DNA from: Pseudomonadota bacterium
GTDB lineage: Bacteria > Desulfobacterota > Desulfobacteria > Desulfobacterales > RPRI01
Direction of reading: 5' to 3'
DNA length: 58,746 nucleotides
NCBI GenBank assembly: GCA_043825875.1
Contig: JBDRRF010000022.1
Span: 1-58,746 of the forward strand
The stretch's first letter is position 1. The number at the start of each line of letters is the position of its first letter. Below, in pieces: positions 1 through 9,589 of this stretch. Under the pieces are notes generated by a model that saw only the letters and a program-made list of their open reading frames with translations, made no database searches and was not told where the DNA came from. Made by a program: the position numbers and the translations under genes.

Positions 1-141
1 AGCCACTTTCAAAACGTTTCAGTTTGGTCAAGCTCAAGGCGGGAGAAAATTTCAACCACAGGAATACATTTAGTATTTCGAGGATTGAAATTTGAGCCCA
101 ACGCAGAGATCGGCCAAAATGGGGCGTTTTGAAACTGGCTC
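1..141. mobile_element. 142-bp MITE-like hairpin element, copy 1 (first base cut by window edge)
   Basis: Near-identical to 26064-26205 and 48675-48816; ends AGCCACTTTCAAAACG...CGTTTTGAAACTGGCTC form a terminal inverted repeat. Confidence 0.9.
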
Positions 142-313
142 GTAATGCCTGTATTAATTCAGGTTTTAGGATAAATGCTATATTTGGCACATCAATATTA
201 TAAATTGCCAAATAGCGCAATAATTATTCTAAATAACGCATTAAATATAATATATTTAATAATTGCAACTTTGAATACTATCTAACTACTTATTATTTTT
301 TGTTATAATATTA

Positions 314-330
314 TTGGCATGATATAAGCT
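314..330 (+). promoter_or_regulatory. Possible sigma-54 (-24/-12) promoter of the 400-6571 operon
   Basis: TTGGCATGATATAAGCT has GG-N10-GC spacing, but the -12 element is AAGC rather than TTGC. Confidence 0.35.
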
Positions 331-399
331 ATACAATACAAATAAGATCACCGACAAGAAACCCAAAGAAGTCACTATTTGCAAAAAGGGGAATGAAAA

Positions 400-1626
400 A
401 TGTCAGTTAAAATTGGAGAAATGAAAAATGCAGGTCCATATTACGGCAAGACCCTTGATGAACTTGGGGAAATGGAGTGGAGACCCGAAGAGGAACGTCT
501 GATAGAACGCTATTGCGAAAAGATCCATAAGAACATCAGCCAGGAAGAGATGACACCCATGGAACGCTTCAAAGCCACATGTGAGGGCAGCGAGAGAGAT
601 CGGTTGTTCGTGGAAGCCTATTTCTATAGTACTTATACCATGAGGATCTACGATGCATTTTCCGGGGCCTTAAAGGCTATAGATGCCTATTCTTTCCCCC
701 AACTATTAATACTGTCCCATCTTGCCTGCATTGCTCGTTTCAATCCTGACAATTTACATATCGGTGGCTTCAGTTACGGAGAAAATATGTTTGGTGCTCC
801 CGCTATGATGATAGAAGACGGTAGTCCGGTATTTCTTATGCCGATGCCCATAAAGACAATAGAGGACATGGAAGGCCTGGAAGCACCCGATCCCACTAAG
901 TACGGACTGTTTCCTCAACTATTGTGGACTCTTCGTGAGGTCAGGCGGATATTCGACAAATACGAGTTAAGCGGAAAACTGCCTATTGAGGCGGAGTGCT
1001 GCGGATCAGCGGAGCATTTGGCAATGCATGCGATGTTAGGGTACGAGGAATTCATAAGGGCGATGCGAAATAATCCCGATCTTATCAAAGCTACCATAAA
1101 GCTGGGTACTGATTTTCTGATCAGCCTGGGCAAGGCATTGTTTGAAATAGGAAAAGTGGATATGGCCGACTTGCCTGAGAATACAGGCATGTTTCCCACC
1201 AAAGGCTATGAGTGGGTTGCGGACGAGTTTGCAAGGCTCGGCAAGGCTGTGCAGGCCGCTGCCGGCCCGGCACCGTTTGTTCACGGCATGGTATTCGATA
1301 AATGCTACGAATGGCTGCAAGTTTTTTGGGACGCCGGAGCTTTGGGTCCGGATAGCTTTGATGCAGTAATTGTCGCAGGTATAGAAAACTACAAAAGGGC
1401 AATTGATTTTTGCAAGGAGCATGATCTGCGGGTCGGATCAAGTCCGGTGGCTGAACTTAGCGTAAAAGGCCCGGCATCCGCGATCGAAGAGAATTACAAG
1501 AAACGCTGCTCCATTTTAAAGAATGCAAAAAAAGGCTACGTGGGGGCCGGCCCCATCGATTATTGGACACCCCCTGAATTTATGGATATCACCATAAAAG
1601 CGGCCAAGGGATATGGAAAGTTCTGA
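400..1626 (+). CDS. Uroporphyrinogen decarboxylase / MtaA-CmuA superfamily protein (atypical)
   Basis: 408 aa; MTPMERF...DR N-terminal motif, 'APDP..G.FP..L' segment and C-terminal 'TPPE...A..YG' typical of the family; GGGG-containing RBS upstream. Confidence 0.75.
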   Translation: MSVKIGEMKNAGPYYGKTLDELGEMEWRPEEERLIERYCEKIHKNISQEEMTPMERFKATCEGSERDRLFVEAYFYSTYTMRIYDAFSGALKAIDAYSFPQLLILSHLACIARFNPDNLHIGGFSYGENMFGAPAMMIEDGSPVFLMPMPIKTIEDMEGLEAPDPTKYGLFPQLLWTLREVRRIFDKYELSGKLPIEAECCGSAEHLAMHAMLGYEEFIRAMRNNPDLIKATIKLGTDFLISLGKALFEIGKVDMADLPENTGMFPTKGYEWVADEFARLGKAVQAAAGPAPFVHGMVFDKCYEWLQVFWDAGALGPDSFDAVIVAGIENYKRAIDFCKEHDLRVGSSPVAELSVKGPASAIEENYKKRCSILKNAKKGYVGAGPIDYWTPPEFMDITIKAAKGYGKF

Positions 1627-1712
1627 GAACACTACTCAAATTCGGGTAACCCCGGACATAAGAATTTATACCTTTTAAATATCTATCTATACAACAGAAA
1701 GGAGATTCAAGA

Positions 1713-3284
1713 ATGGCAAAACATGATGTGGTTGTAATTGGAGCAGGGCATAACGGGCTTGTTGTAGCCGCCTACCTGGCCAAGGCAGGTATGGATGTTT
1801 GTGTTGTGGAAAGAGCGGACTATGCCGGAGGAGCCGTTAATACAAAGGAAATTACAGAACCGGGTTTTAAACATGACTGTTGCGGCACAGGACATTTCGT
1901 GATACAGTATAACCCGCTTATTGTACATGATGAGCTGAAGCTAAAGTCCAAATTCGGTTTAAAATATATTTATCCTGAAGCACCTGTCGCAAACATATAC
2001 CCCGACGACACGAACATCATGTTGTATGCCGATCTTGACAAGACATGCCAGTCTATTGCCAAGTTTTCGGAAAAGGATGCTGATGTCTACCGGCAGTATA
2101 TTAAGAATTGCAAGCAGATTATCGATATGTTGATTCCGGGAATGTTTTCACCTCCTGTTCCGCTTGGACCTTTCTTCGCACAGCTTGACGCAAGTCCGCT
2201 TGGACAATCTCTGCTTAACAGTTTTTTCATGAGTGCCTGGGATGTGATTGACGATATGTTCGAACATGATAAAACCAAGCTTTTCATGGCAAAGATGATT
2301 ACAGAACCGCTTGTAGGCCCTGAAGAAAAGGGGACCGGCATGAATCTATTCATATCTCTTCCTATTTTGCACTACTATCCTGTGGGCTTGCCTGAAGGTG
2401 GTTCCGGTGAGCTTTCAAATTCTCTGGTTCGTTGCCTGGAGTCTCATGGAGGCCAGGTCAGATTAAACAGTGAGGTCAAAAAAATAACCATCAAGTCCGG
2501 AAGAGCCACAGGCGTTGTGCTGACATCCGGAGAAGAAATTGAAGCAAGAAAAGCAGTAGTGGCCAACCTTGATCCCAGGATTGTATTTCCACAAATGATA
2601 AGCGATGTTGAACCGGATTTTTTGCATAAAGTTCAAGGCATTAAAAATCCCAGCTTTTCCGTATTAATAAGCCATTATGCACTTAACGAGGCTCCCAAGT
2701 TTAAGGCCGGAGATGAAGTCTTAAATGGGCACAGCATAGAGCCACTCCCATGGTTGGAAGAATTCAGGCGCGGTTATGATTCCTTACGGTATGGAGAAAT
2801 ACCAACTTCCATACAGCCTCTTGTGTGCGTACAAAGTTATCATGATCCCACACGTGCTCCAAAAGGAAAGCATGTAATGTATCTTTCACATTATGTACCA
2901 TGGGATCTCAAGGATGGCGGGCCTGAAAAGTGGGATGAGATTAAGGAAAAAGTAGCCGATTTTATTCTCGGTGAGATGCAAAAATATACTACCAATATGA
3001 ATTCCGGGAATATAATTGCCCGTAAGGTGCACAGTCCTATGGACTATGTGAGAATGAACCCGAATCTTTACAATGCATCTATCGACGGGCCGGGAGTCTT
3101 TTTGAATCAGATGTTTTCTCACAGGCCGATAGCCGAGCTTGGTCAATTGCGCGGGCCTTTTGAAGGTCTTTACTGGTCCGGCCATGCTTTTCACCCGGCC
3201 GGAGCTATATCCGGAGCAGGAAGAAATACTGTACAGATGATCATGGCGGATTTGGATATGGAATTTGATGATGTAATTGCCTAA
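1713..3284 (+). CDS. FAD-dependent oxidoreductase, phytoene desaturase (CrtI/CrtO/PYROXD2)-like
   Basis: 523 aa; VIGAGHNGL FAD motif, 'GGAV.T.E...PGF', 'DPTRAP.GKH', C-terminal 'HP.G.ISG'; AGGAG RBS. Confidence 0.85.
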   Translation: MAKHDVVVIGAGHNGLVVAAYLAKAGMDVCVVERADYAGGAVNTKEITEPGFKHDCCGTGHFVIQYNPLIVHDELKLKSKFGLKYIYPEAPVANIYPDDTNIMLYADLDKTCQSIAKFSEKDADVYRQYIKNCKQIIDMLIPGMFSPPVPLGPFFAQLDASPLGQSLLNSFFMSAWDVIDDMFEHDKTKLFMAKMITEPLVGPEEKGTGMNLFISLPILHYYPVGLPEGGSGELSNSLVRCLESHGGQVRLNSEVKKITIKSGRATGVVLTSGEEIEARKAVVANLDPRIVFPQMISDVEPDFLHKVQGIKNPSFSVLISHYALNEAPKFKAGDEVLNGHSIEPLPWLEEFRRGYDSLRYGEIPTSIQPLVCVQSYHDPTRAPKGKHVMYLSHYVPWDLKDGGPEKWDEIKEKVADFILGEMQKYTTNMNSGNIIARKVHSPMDYVRMNPNLYNASIDGPGVFLNQMFSHRPIAELGQLRGPFEGLYWSGHAFHPAGAISGAGRNTVQMIMADLDMEFDDVIA

Positions 3285-3319
3285 GAATTGCAAAAAACAT
3301 TTAAGAAAAGGATCAACCT

Positions 3320-3553
3320 ATGAGCATGAAGATGTACGATTCATACAAAAACGTCATGATGGACATTTCCTCTCTTAAACGAAAAGGAGATGATATAGTG
3401 ATGAAAGGCACGTTGATGGGTACTATGCCGTCAACCATATATGTCAAACCTGAAGAAGTCTGGAATGCAATAAAAATGCTTTCCTGGTCGATAATCAGTT
3501 ATCTGCCCATGATGATTATAAAAGGATGGAGGGTGTCCAGGCGATCAAAGTAG
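3320..3553 (+). CDS. Small hypothetical protein (77 aa) within the operon
   Basis: AAGGA RBS; co-directional between two operon genes; hydrophobic C-terminal segment. Confidence 0.7.
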   Translation: MSMKMYDSYKNVMMDISSLKRKGDDIVMKGTLMGTMPSTIYVKPEEVWNAIKMLSWSIISYLPMMIIKGWRVSRRSK

Positions 3554-3608
3554 TTAACAACTATTGAATATCCGGAAAATTCAAAACATAAATAAAGGAG
3601 ATAATATT

Positions 3609-4721
3609 ATGGAAGACTACGGAGTTCAACTTACTACAGAAGAAGAAGCCAAAGTAGACGAGATATGCGGAAACATCCGGAAACGGGTTGCAACAGAAGC
3701 CATAACGCCTCGCGAACGATTTGAAGCTGTATACCGGGGAGAAACACCTGACAGGATTCCCATTCAGGTGTGTGCTATAGGTCTTCATGCAGCATCCAAC
3801 TACGGGGTAACAACATCCGAACTATACAGCAATCCGAAAACAGCACTTTTTGCATATCTTACTCATTTGGAGAGATTTGGCTATGACACACCTTCCGCCT
3901 TCCGGTTCAGCGCAGGAGAAAAAGAATTTGGTGCAAAAATGGTCTACAGTGATCATGGAGTTCCTTTTGTTAGTGAAAGTATAATTAATACGGCAGCGGA
4001 TCTGGTAAAAGTAAAAATACCGAACCCACGCAAAGACGGCACTCTGCCATGGCAGCTCTGGATGCTTAGCATACTCAAGAAAAAGCTTGGCGATATTATG
4101 CCTATCTTTGGCTTTATGCCTATTCCAGGCGCAATTGGTCCTGTTATTATGCCTATGGACAAGCAATTTCTGGCCCTTCGTAAAGATCCGGTGCTGGCTC
4201 ACAGTATAGCTGCTTTGGTCATGAAATTTACAATTGATTACGGGACAGCAATGTTTGAGGCTGGTGCTGACATGATCTATATTGTAGGAGTCGATGACCA
4301 GGTATCATACGCCATGCATAAAGAATATGAGTTCCCATATGTATGCGGCCTGGTTAAATCTTTACCTTGTCCCTGCTTTATAATAGGAGCCGGAGACTGG
4401 TCACATGTTTTGGAATCATATGCCAAGGCCGGTGTTCATGGCTTTTTCTTGCACAGCGGCCAGCCTACACCTCTGGATAAAGCAAAAAAAGTAGCAGTAG
4501 ACTATAACCTTACACTGCGTTATGGTATGAGCAGCAATATATTAGTTCATGGACCTGCGGATAAAATTCGTGATGAAGTAAAAAGGCTTATAAAGGAAGG
4601 ATGGGCAGGCGGCCGCTTTGTATTGGCAACAGATGGTTTGGATACAAACACTCCGGCGGAACACCTGGATATTTTTATGGAGGCGGCAAAAGAGTATGGA
4701 AAACTCCCTTTGAAAATTTAG
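3609..4721 (+). CDS. Uroporphyrinogen decarboxylase / MtaA-CmuA superfamily protein (atypical), paralogue 2
   Basis: Start moved to ATG 3609 after AAGGAG; 'ITPRERF..V..GE.PDRIP', 'P.P..DG.LP', 'TP.E.L..F.EAA.EYG'. Confidence 0.8.
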   Translation: MEDYGVQLTTEEEAKVDEICGNIRKRVATEAITPRERFEAVYRGETPDRIPIQVCAIGLHAASNYGVTTSELYSNPKTALFAYLTHLERFGYDTPSAFRFSAGEKEFGAKMVYSDHGVPFVSESIINTAADLVKVKIPNPRKDGTLPWQLWMLSILKKKLGDIMPIFGFMPIPGAIGPVIMPMDKQFLALRKDPVLAHSIAALVMKFTIDYGTAMFEAGADMIYIVGVDDQVSYAMHKEYEFPYVCGLVKSLPCPCFIIGAGDWSHVLESYAKAGVHGFFLHSGQPTPLDKAKKVAVDYNLTLRYGMSSNILVHGPADKIRDEVKRLIKEGWAGGRFVLATDGLDTNTPAEHLDIFMEAAKEYGKLPLKI

Positions 4722-4807
4722 TGTATATTTTGGTGAGATAGATTTTCTATTGAACAGCATTTTCCGCTGCTTGCGACGGGGGCTTCAAATAAAGGAGAAC
4801 AAGACTA

Positions 4808-6385
4808 ATGGAAGAATACGATGTAATTGTTATAGGTGCCGGACATAATGGTCTTACTGTTGCCGGATATCTTGCAAAAGCAGGCTTAAATGTCTGTGTC
4901 TTAGAACGGGCCGGTTTTATAGGAGGTGAAGCAATAACCAGAGAACTGACTGTGCCTGGTTTTAAGCACGATCGTTCTTCTTCTATACATGGCCTTATTC
5001 ATGCTAACCCTCTTCTTTTAAATGATGAATTGGAGCTTTTATCCAAACACGGGCTTAAGTACATTTTCCCTGATTCAAGCATGTCTTACATATTTCCCGA
5101 TGAAACTTCTATGATCAGTTACGAGGATCTCGACAGAACCTGTCAGCAAATTGCACAGTTTTCTGAAAAAGATGCCGATACCTATCGTAGTTTCTGTGAA
5201 ACAAGCAAACCAATGCTAAATATGCTTGTAGAAGGAATGTTCAACCCGCCAGCGCCTCTTGGCGAATTTTATGCCCAGCTTGATCGAAGCCCGGAGGGCC
5301 AACAGATTTTCAAGCGTCTGTTCATGAGTGGCTACGATATTGTCACCAAGTTATTTGAACATGAAAAAACAAGAGTTTCACTATTAAAATTTATGAGTGA
5401 GCCTATGGTTGCTCCAGAAGACAAAGGCACTGCTTTTTATCTTTATGTGGCTATACCCTTAAGTCATTATTTTCCTCATGGCATACCTGTTGGTGGTTCA
5501 GGCATGCTTTCGGAAGCCATGGGAAGCGCCATAAAAGCCTATGGAGGTACCATTAAAGTTGCCAGTGAAGTAAAAAAGATTACTGTTAAAGGCGGCAGAG
5601 CAACTGGTGTTGTTCTTTCTTCCGGAGAAGAGATAAGTGCTCGTCGTGCAATTGTTGCAAACATTGATCCGAGACTGGTCTTTCCTCATATGGTTTCTGA
5701 AACAGACAAGGGTCTGATTGAACGGCTATCTGAAATTCAGGATATTCCATTTTCCGCTATCTTACAGCATATAGCATTAAACGAGGCACCAAAATGGAAG
5801 GCAGGCGAAGATATGGGTAAATCCATGAGCATAGAGCCCTTATGCTGGCTGGATAACTTAAGGCACTTATTTGACGAACTCAGATACGGCTTGATTCCTT
5901 CACCTGAAAATCTTGCTCCATGCGTTTTCTGTACTACGGTGTTTGACCCGACACGCGCGCCGGCGGGTAAGCATACTCTGTATTTATGGCACTACATGCC
6001 CTATTACCTTAAAGATGGCGGACCGGAAAAATGGGATGAAATAAAAACACAAGTCGCTGATATGGTACTTGATAAAATGAGGTTACATACAACCAATATG
6101 GGACCTGAAAATATAATAGCACGAACTATATATTCTCCCATTGATTATGAGAGGATGAATCCAAACATAGTAAACGGATCAGTTCTTGGGCCCGGCGCTT
6201 ATCTTCACCAGTTCTTTTCTCACAGACCCATACCCGAACTGGGTCAATACCGGACTCCTATAGAGGGCCTATATATGAGCGGTCAGGCCTTCCATCCCGG
6301 AGGATCAATCACCGGCGGAGGCAGAGCTACCGTTCAGACAATTATGGCAGACCTTAAAATAAATTTTTCCGATGTTATAAAGTAA
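4808..6385 (+). CDS. FAD-dependent oxidoreductase, phytoene desaturase-like, paralogue 2
   Basis: 525 aa; colinear with 1713-3284 (shared GAGHNGL, LKDGGPEKWDEIK, FSHRPI.ELGQ, AFHP.G). Confidence 0.85.
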   Translation: MEEYDVIVIGAGHNGLTVAGYLAKAGLNVCVLERAGFIGGEAITRELTVPGFKHDRSSSIHGLIHANPLLLNDELELLSKHGLKYIFPDSSMSYIFPDETSMISYEDLDRTCQQIAQFSEKDADTYRSFCETSKPMLNMLVEGMFNPPAPLGEFYAQLDRSPEGQQIFKRLFMSGYDIVTKLFEHEKTRVSLLKFMSEPMVAPEDKGTAFYLYVAIPLSHYFPHGIPVGGSGMLSEAMGSAIKAYGGTIKVASEVKKITVKGGRATGVVLSSGEEISARRAIVANIDPRLVFPHMVSETDKGLIERLSEIQDIPFSAILQHIALNEAPKWKAGEDMGKSMSIEPLCWLDNLRHLFDELRYGLIPSPENLAPCVFCTTVFDPTRAPAGKHTLYLWHYMPYYLKDGGPEKWDEIKTQVADMVLDKMRLHTTNMGPENIIARTIYSPIDYERMNPNIVNGSVLGPGAYLHQFFSHRPIPELGQYRTPIEGLYMSGQAFHPGGSITGGGRATVQTIMADLKINFSDVIK

Positions 6386-6397
6386 TAAAATCAAACA

Positions 6398-6571
6398 ATG
6401 ACTTTCATCAATATGCAAATATGTATCAAGTGCACTGGTTGTATAGATATCTGTCCGGAATCAGCTCTTTTTCTGGGAGAAGATGCTGCAATAAAGTGTG
6501 ACGCTGATAAATGTATAGTTTGCGGTGATTGTGTGGATTTTTGCCCGGTGGATGCTATAAGTATCAATTGA
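6398..6571 (+). CDS. 2[4Fe-4S] ferredoxin (57 aa; absent from ORF track)
   Basis: Manual translation MTFINMQICIKCTGCIDICPESALFLGEDAAIKCDADKCIVCGDCVDFCPVDAISIN; two CxxCxxCxxxCP motifs. Confidence 0.9.
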   Translation: MTFINMQICIKCTGCIDICPESALFLGEDAAIKCDADKCIVCGDCVDFCPVDAISIN

Positions 6572-6635
6572 AGTTGTATTGAGTTTATTATTGTTTTATT
6601 GATGAACTTTATCCATTAATTTTGAAAGGCTGCGG

Positions 6636-7316
6636 ATGAAAAAAAGTAAAATATTTATCCTCCTGTTTGTTGTAATTATGTTAGTTGTTTTTTACATGGC
6701 CGGGCTTGAGCAGTATCTGTCTCTTGACTACCTCAAACTCCGGTTAAGTGAATTTATCGAATATTACAATTCCCACAAACTTTTTGTCATATCTGCCTAT
6801 GCATCAATTTATATATTGGTTACAGCTTTAGCACTGCCAGGGGCTGCCGTTATGACACTTGCCGGCGGCGCTATTTTCGGAGTTTATATCGGAACCGCAG
6901 TTGTCTCAATCGCATCTACTACCGGAGCAGCTCTTTCTTTTGCTGGTGCAAGATATCTGTTTCGTGAATGGATAGAAACTAAGTACAAAACTAATCTAGT
7001 AAAATTCAACGAAGGCATTGAAAAAAATGCTTTTAACTATATCTTGTTTCTAAGGCTTGTTCCATTATTTCCATTTTTTGTAATCAATCTCGTGCTTGGA
7101 CTAACAAGGGTAAAATTTAAAACCTATATACTTACAAGCTGGATCGGTATGATTCCCGGCACTTTTGTTTTTATTTACGCAGGGAAACAACTTGCAGAAA
7201 TTGATTCTGTAAAATCCGTAATGTCGGGGCGGGTATTGCTGGCTTTATCCATGCTGGGACTGCTTATGCTGGTTCCTTTGTTTTACAAAAAAATAAAATC
7301 CAAAATGCTCAAATAG
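6636..7316 (+). CDS. TVP38/TMEM64 (VTT/DedA-like) membrane protein
   Basis: Hydrophobic; 'LPGA..TL.GG..FG', 'LRLVPLFPF..IN', 'IGM.PG'. Confidence 0.9.
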   Translation: MKKSKIFILLFVVIMLVVFYMAGLEQYLSLDYLKLRLSEFIEYYNSHKLFVISAYASIYILVTALALPGAAVMTLAGGAIFGVYIGTAVVSIASTTGAALSFAGARYLFREWIETKYKTNLVKFNEGIEKNAFNYILFLRLVPLFPFFVINLVLGLTRVKFKTYILTSWIGMIPGTFVFIYAGKQLAEIDSVKSVMSGRVLLALSMLGLLMLVPLFYKKIKSKMLK

Positions 7317-7344
7317 TTATAAATTTGTATTGAAGGGGGCTTGC

Positions 7345-8757
7345 GTGAAACATGATTATCAAATTGCAGTAATCGGCGGAGGAAGCGCCGGTCTATCCAC
7401 AGCTGCCGGGGCTGCCGGACTTGGAGCTAAAGTTGTGCTTATAGAGCGCGAGAAAATGGGTGGGGAATGCTTAAACAACGGCTGTGTTCCTTCAAAAGCA
7501 TTTTTGCGCTGCGCCCATCAGGCAGCAGAAATTAAACATTGTGCAAAATACGGAATCCGGGCTTCATTTGAAGGAGTCGATATGAAAGCCCTTATGCAAA
7601 GAGTACACAGCGTAATCAGGGAAATTGAACCCCATGATTCTGCCCAAAGGTTTACAAGCCTTGGTGTTGATGTAATATCCGGCCAGGCTCAGATTACCGG
7701 AACACACAGCATAAAAGTCGGAGAAAGAGAATTAAGCGCAAAGTACATTGTTATCGCAACGGGTTCCGAAGCAATAGTTCCGCCAATCAAAGGGCTTAAA
7801 GAAACAAAGCACTATACAAACCGCAATATCTTTTCTCTTGATTATTTGCCGAAAAAGCTTGTGATATTAGGTGGAGGCCCTATCGGGCTTGAGCTTGGAC
7901 AGGGATTTCGTCATCTTGGCTCCGAAGTAGCAGTTATCGACATGGCTCCAAAGCTTTTCATGAAAGATGATCACGAAGTTGGCCCCTTGATGGAAAGAAT
8001 CATGCGTTTAGAAGGTATGGAGTTTTACCTGGGCGCAAAGATTGTGGAAATTATACAAAATGGTGAATCAACTTTTGTGCGCATCAATAAAGATGGAAAA
8101 GATATAGACATAGCTTTTGACACTCTTCTTGTTGCACTTGGAAGGGCGGCTGTTACAAACGGGCTTGGTCTTGCTGCTGCCGGAGTTGCAACCGATAAGA
8201 GAGGCTATATAATAACAAATGAGCGCCAGCAAACCAACGTATCTTCAATATATGCCTGCGGGGATATCTGCGGACCTTTCCAGTTTACACATATGGCCGG
8301 ATACCAGGCGGGAATTATTCTTAGAAACATTATATTTAAAATTCCCGCAAAGGTTGATTATTCCACTGTACCCTGGGTAACTTATGCAATGCCTGAAGTA
8401 GCCCATGCAGGTTATACTGAAGAGATGGCAAGAGAAAAAGGATTATTGGGAGATATTTTCCTTGAAAACCTTTCAGGGATCGACAGGGCAAAAACAGAAG
8501 ATGATACGCAAGGATTCATAAAAATTATAATGGATAAAAAAAAGCGTATTATCGGAACAACTATTGTAGGCAAAAAAGCAGGTGAGATGATTGGACTTTC
8601 GGCTATGGCGATAAAGCAAAAGATAAAGGCTACATATTTTATGAATATGATATTTCCGTATCCGACAGAGTCTGAAATTTATGCTCTGGCATCCAGAAAT
8701 ATTGCTAAACAATCTTTGAAACCCTGGATGAAAAAAATTATAAAGATGCTGATATGA
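7345..8757 (+). CDS. Flavin-disulfide oxidoreductase, dihydrolipoamide dehydrogenase/mercuric reductase-like family
   Basis: GGGSAG, redox disulfide GGECLNNGCVPSK, NAD motif GGGPIGLE, C-terminal YPTESE; likely GTG start at 7345. Confidence 0.85.
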   Translation: MKHDYQIAVIGGGSAGLSTAAGAAGLGAKVVLIEREKMGGECLNNGCVPSKAFLRCAHQAAEIKHCAKYGIRASFEGVDMKALMQRVHSVIREIEPHDSAQRFTSLGVDVISGQAQITGTHSIKVGERELSAKYIVIATGSEAIVPPIKGLKETKHYTNRNIFSLDYLPKKLVILGGGPIGLELGQGFRHLGSEVAVIDMAPKLFMKDDHEVGPLMERIMRLEGMEFYLGAKIVEIIQNGESTFVRINKDGKDIDIAFDTLLVALGRAAVTNGLGLAAAGVATDKRGYIITNERQQTNVSSIYACGDICGPFQFTHMAGYQAGIILRNIIFKIPAKVDYSTVPWVTYAMPEVAHAGYTEEMAREKGLLGDIFLENLSGIDRAKTEDDTQGFIKIIMDKKKRIIGTTIVGKKAGEMIGLSAMAIKQKIKATYFMNMIFPYPTESEIYALASRNIAKQSLKPWMKKIIKMLI

Positions 8758-8878
8758 AAAATGCCAAAAAGCATCAGGAAATTCAGGATAACCGCATTGG
8801 GTAATCAACCTGCCAGGACTTTCATGAGATAATCATGATCCCAACCAGCTCTGTAGTTTTGTGTTTGGAATTATTCTG

Positions 8879-9589
8879 TCATTGATCTTTGTTCGTATCT
8901 TGAGGCATATTATCGTTTATCATCTGCTCCATAATTTGCATATTGTGCATATTAGTGAACCTCTTTTGCAGGCTGAAATCAAATGCAAATGAAGCTAAAG
9001 CTGCAATAATGACAGATGTTAGCATGGCTGCAATCCAGGTTCTTAAAACATTCCAGGATAATAATGGAGAGGTTTTTCCAAAAAATTCTTTCAGGATCAA
9101 AACATCATTTTTTTTAAGAATATATATGCATACATACAGATTTATAGCATCAATAATATATAATGCTGAACACATAATGCAAATAGCTTTAAGCACCACG
9201 AATGATATAATAGCTTCATAAACACAGAACAGTACCATAAGAACAAGCACAAGGAATATATATGTATATGCCGCCTTTAAGGCTTTTATGCGGAATAAAT
9301 GAGCATTTAGCAAAAATAATAATATGAATAGATGTGCAAACAGGCCTAGCGTTGCCACGGGTATGCCCATAAATCGAGACTCATCGCTTTTAGCGATCTT
9401 ATCACAGTCAAAGGTTTCATTTATTGCGCAGAAACTTTTGGTAGTAGGTTGCATGATATTGATATAATGGTGATGATAAGTAAGGTATGCAGTATTAACA
9501 ATACCTAATAGCATGAGCCATATCAATGTGGCTGCCCAATGTCTATAAAGCCCTTGTTTCCTAACAGGTTGAGAATTTTCTATGGCCAT
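8879..9589 (-). CDS. Vitamin K epoxide reductase (VKOR) family membrane protein
   Basis: Loop cysteines C(AINETFD)C..IAKS, 'GIPVA..G', active-site CIMC, several TM segments. Confidence 0.85.
   Translation of the reverse strand: MAIENSQPVRKQGLYRHWAATLIWLMLLGIVNTAYLTYHHHYINIMQPTTKSFCAINETFDCDKIAKSDESRFMGIPVATLGLFAHLFILLFLLNAHLFRIKALKAAYTYIFLVLVLMVLFCVYEAIISFVVLKAICIMCSALYIIDAINLYVCIYILKKNDVLILKEFFGKTSPLLSWNVLRTWIAAMLTSVIIAALASFAFDFSLQKRFTNMHNMQIMEQMINDNMPQDTNKDQ

Noticed and set aside
400..6385. Calling these genes hemE/mtaA or crtI
   Set aside because: Catalytic motifs and pathway partners are missing; only family-level calls are supported
7345..8757. Mercuric reductase merA
   Set aside because: No C-terminal Cys-Cys pair, no NmerA domain and no mer operon
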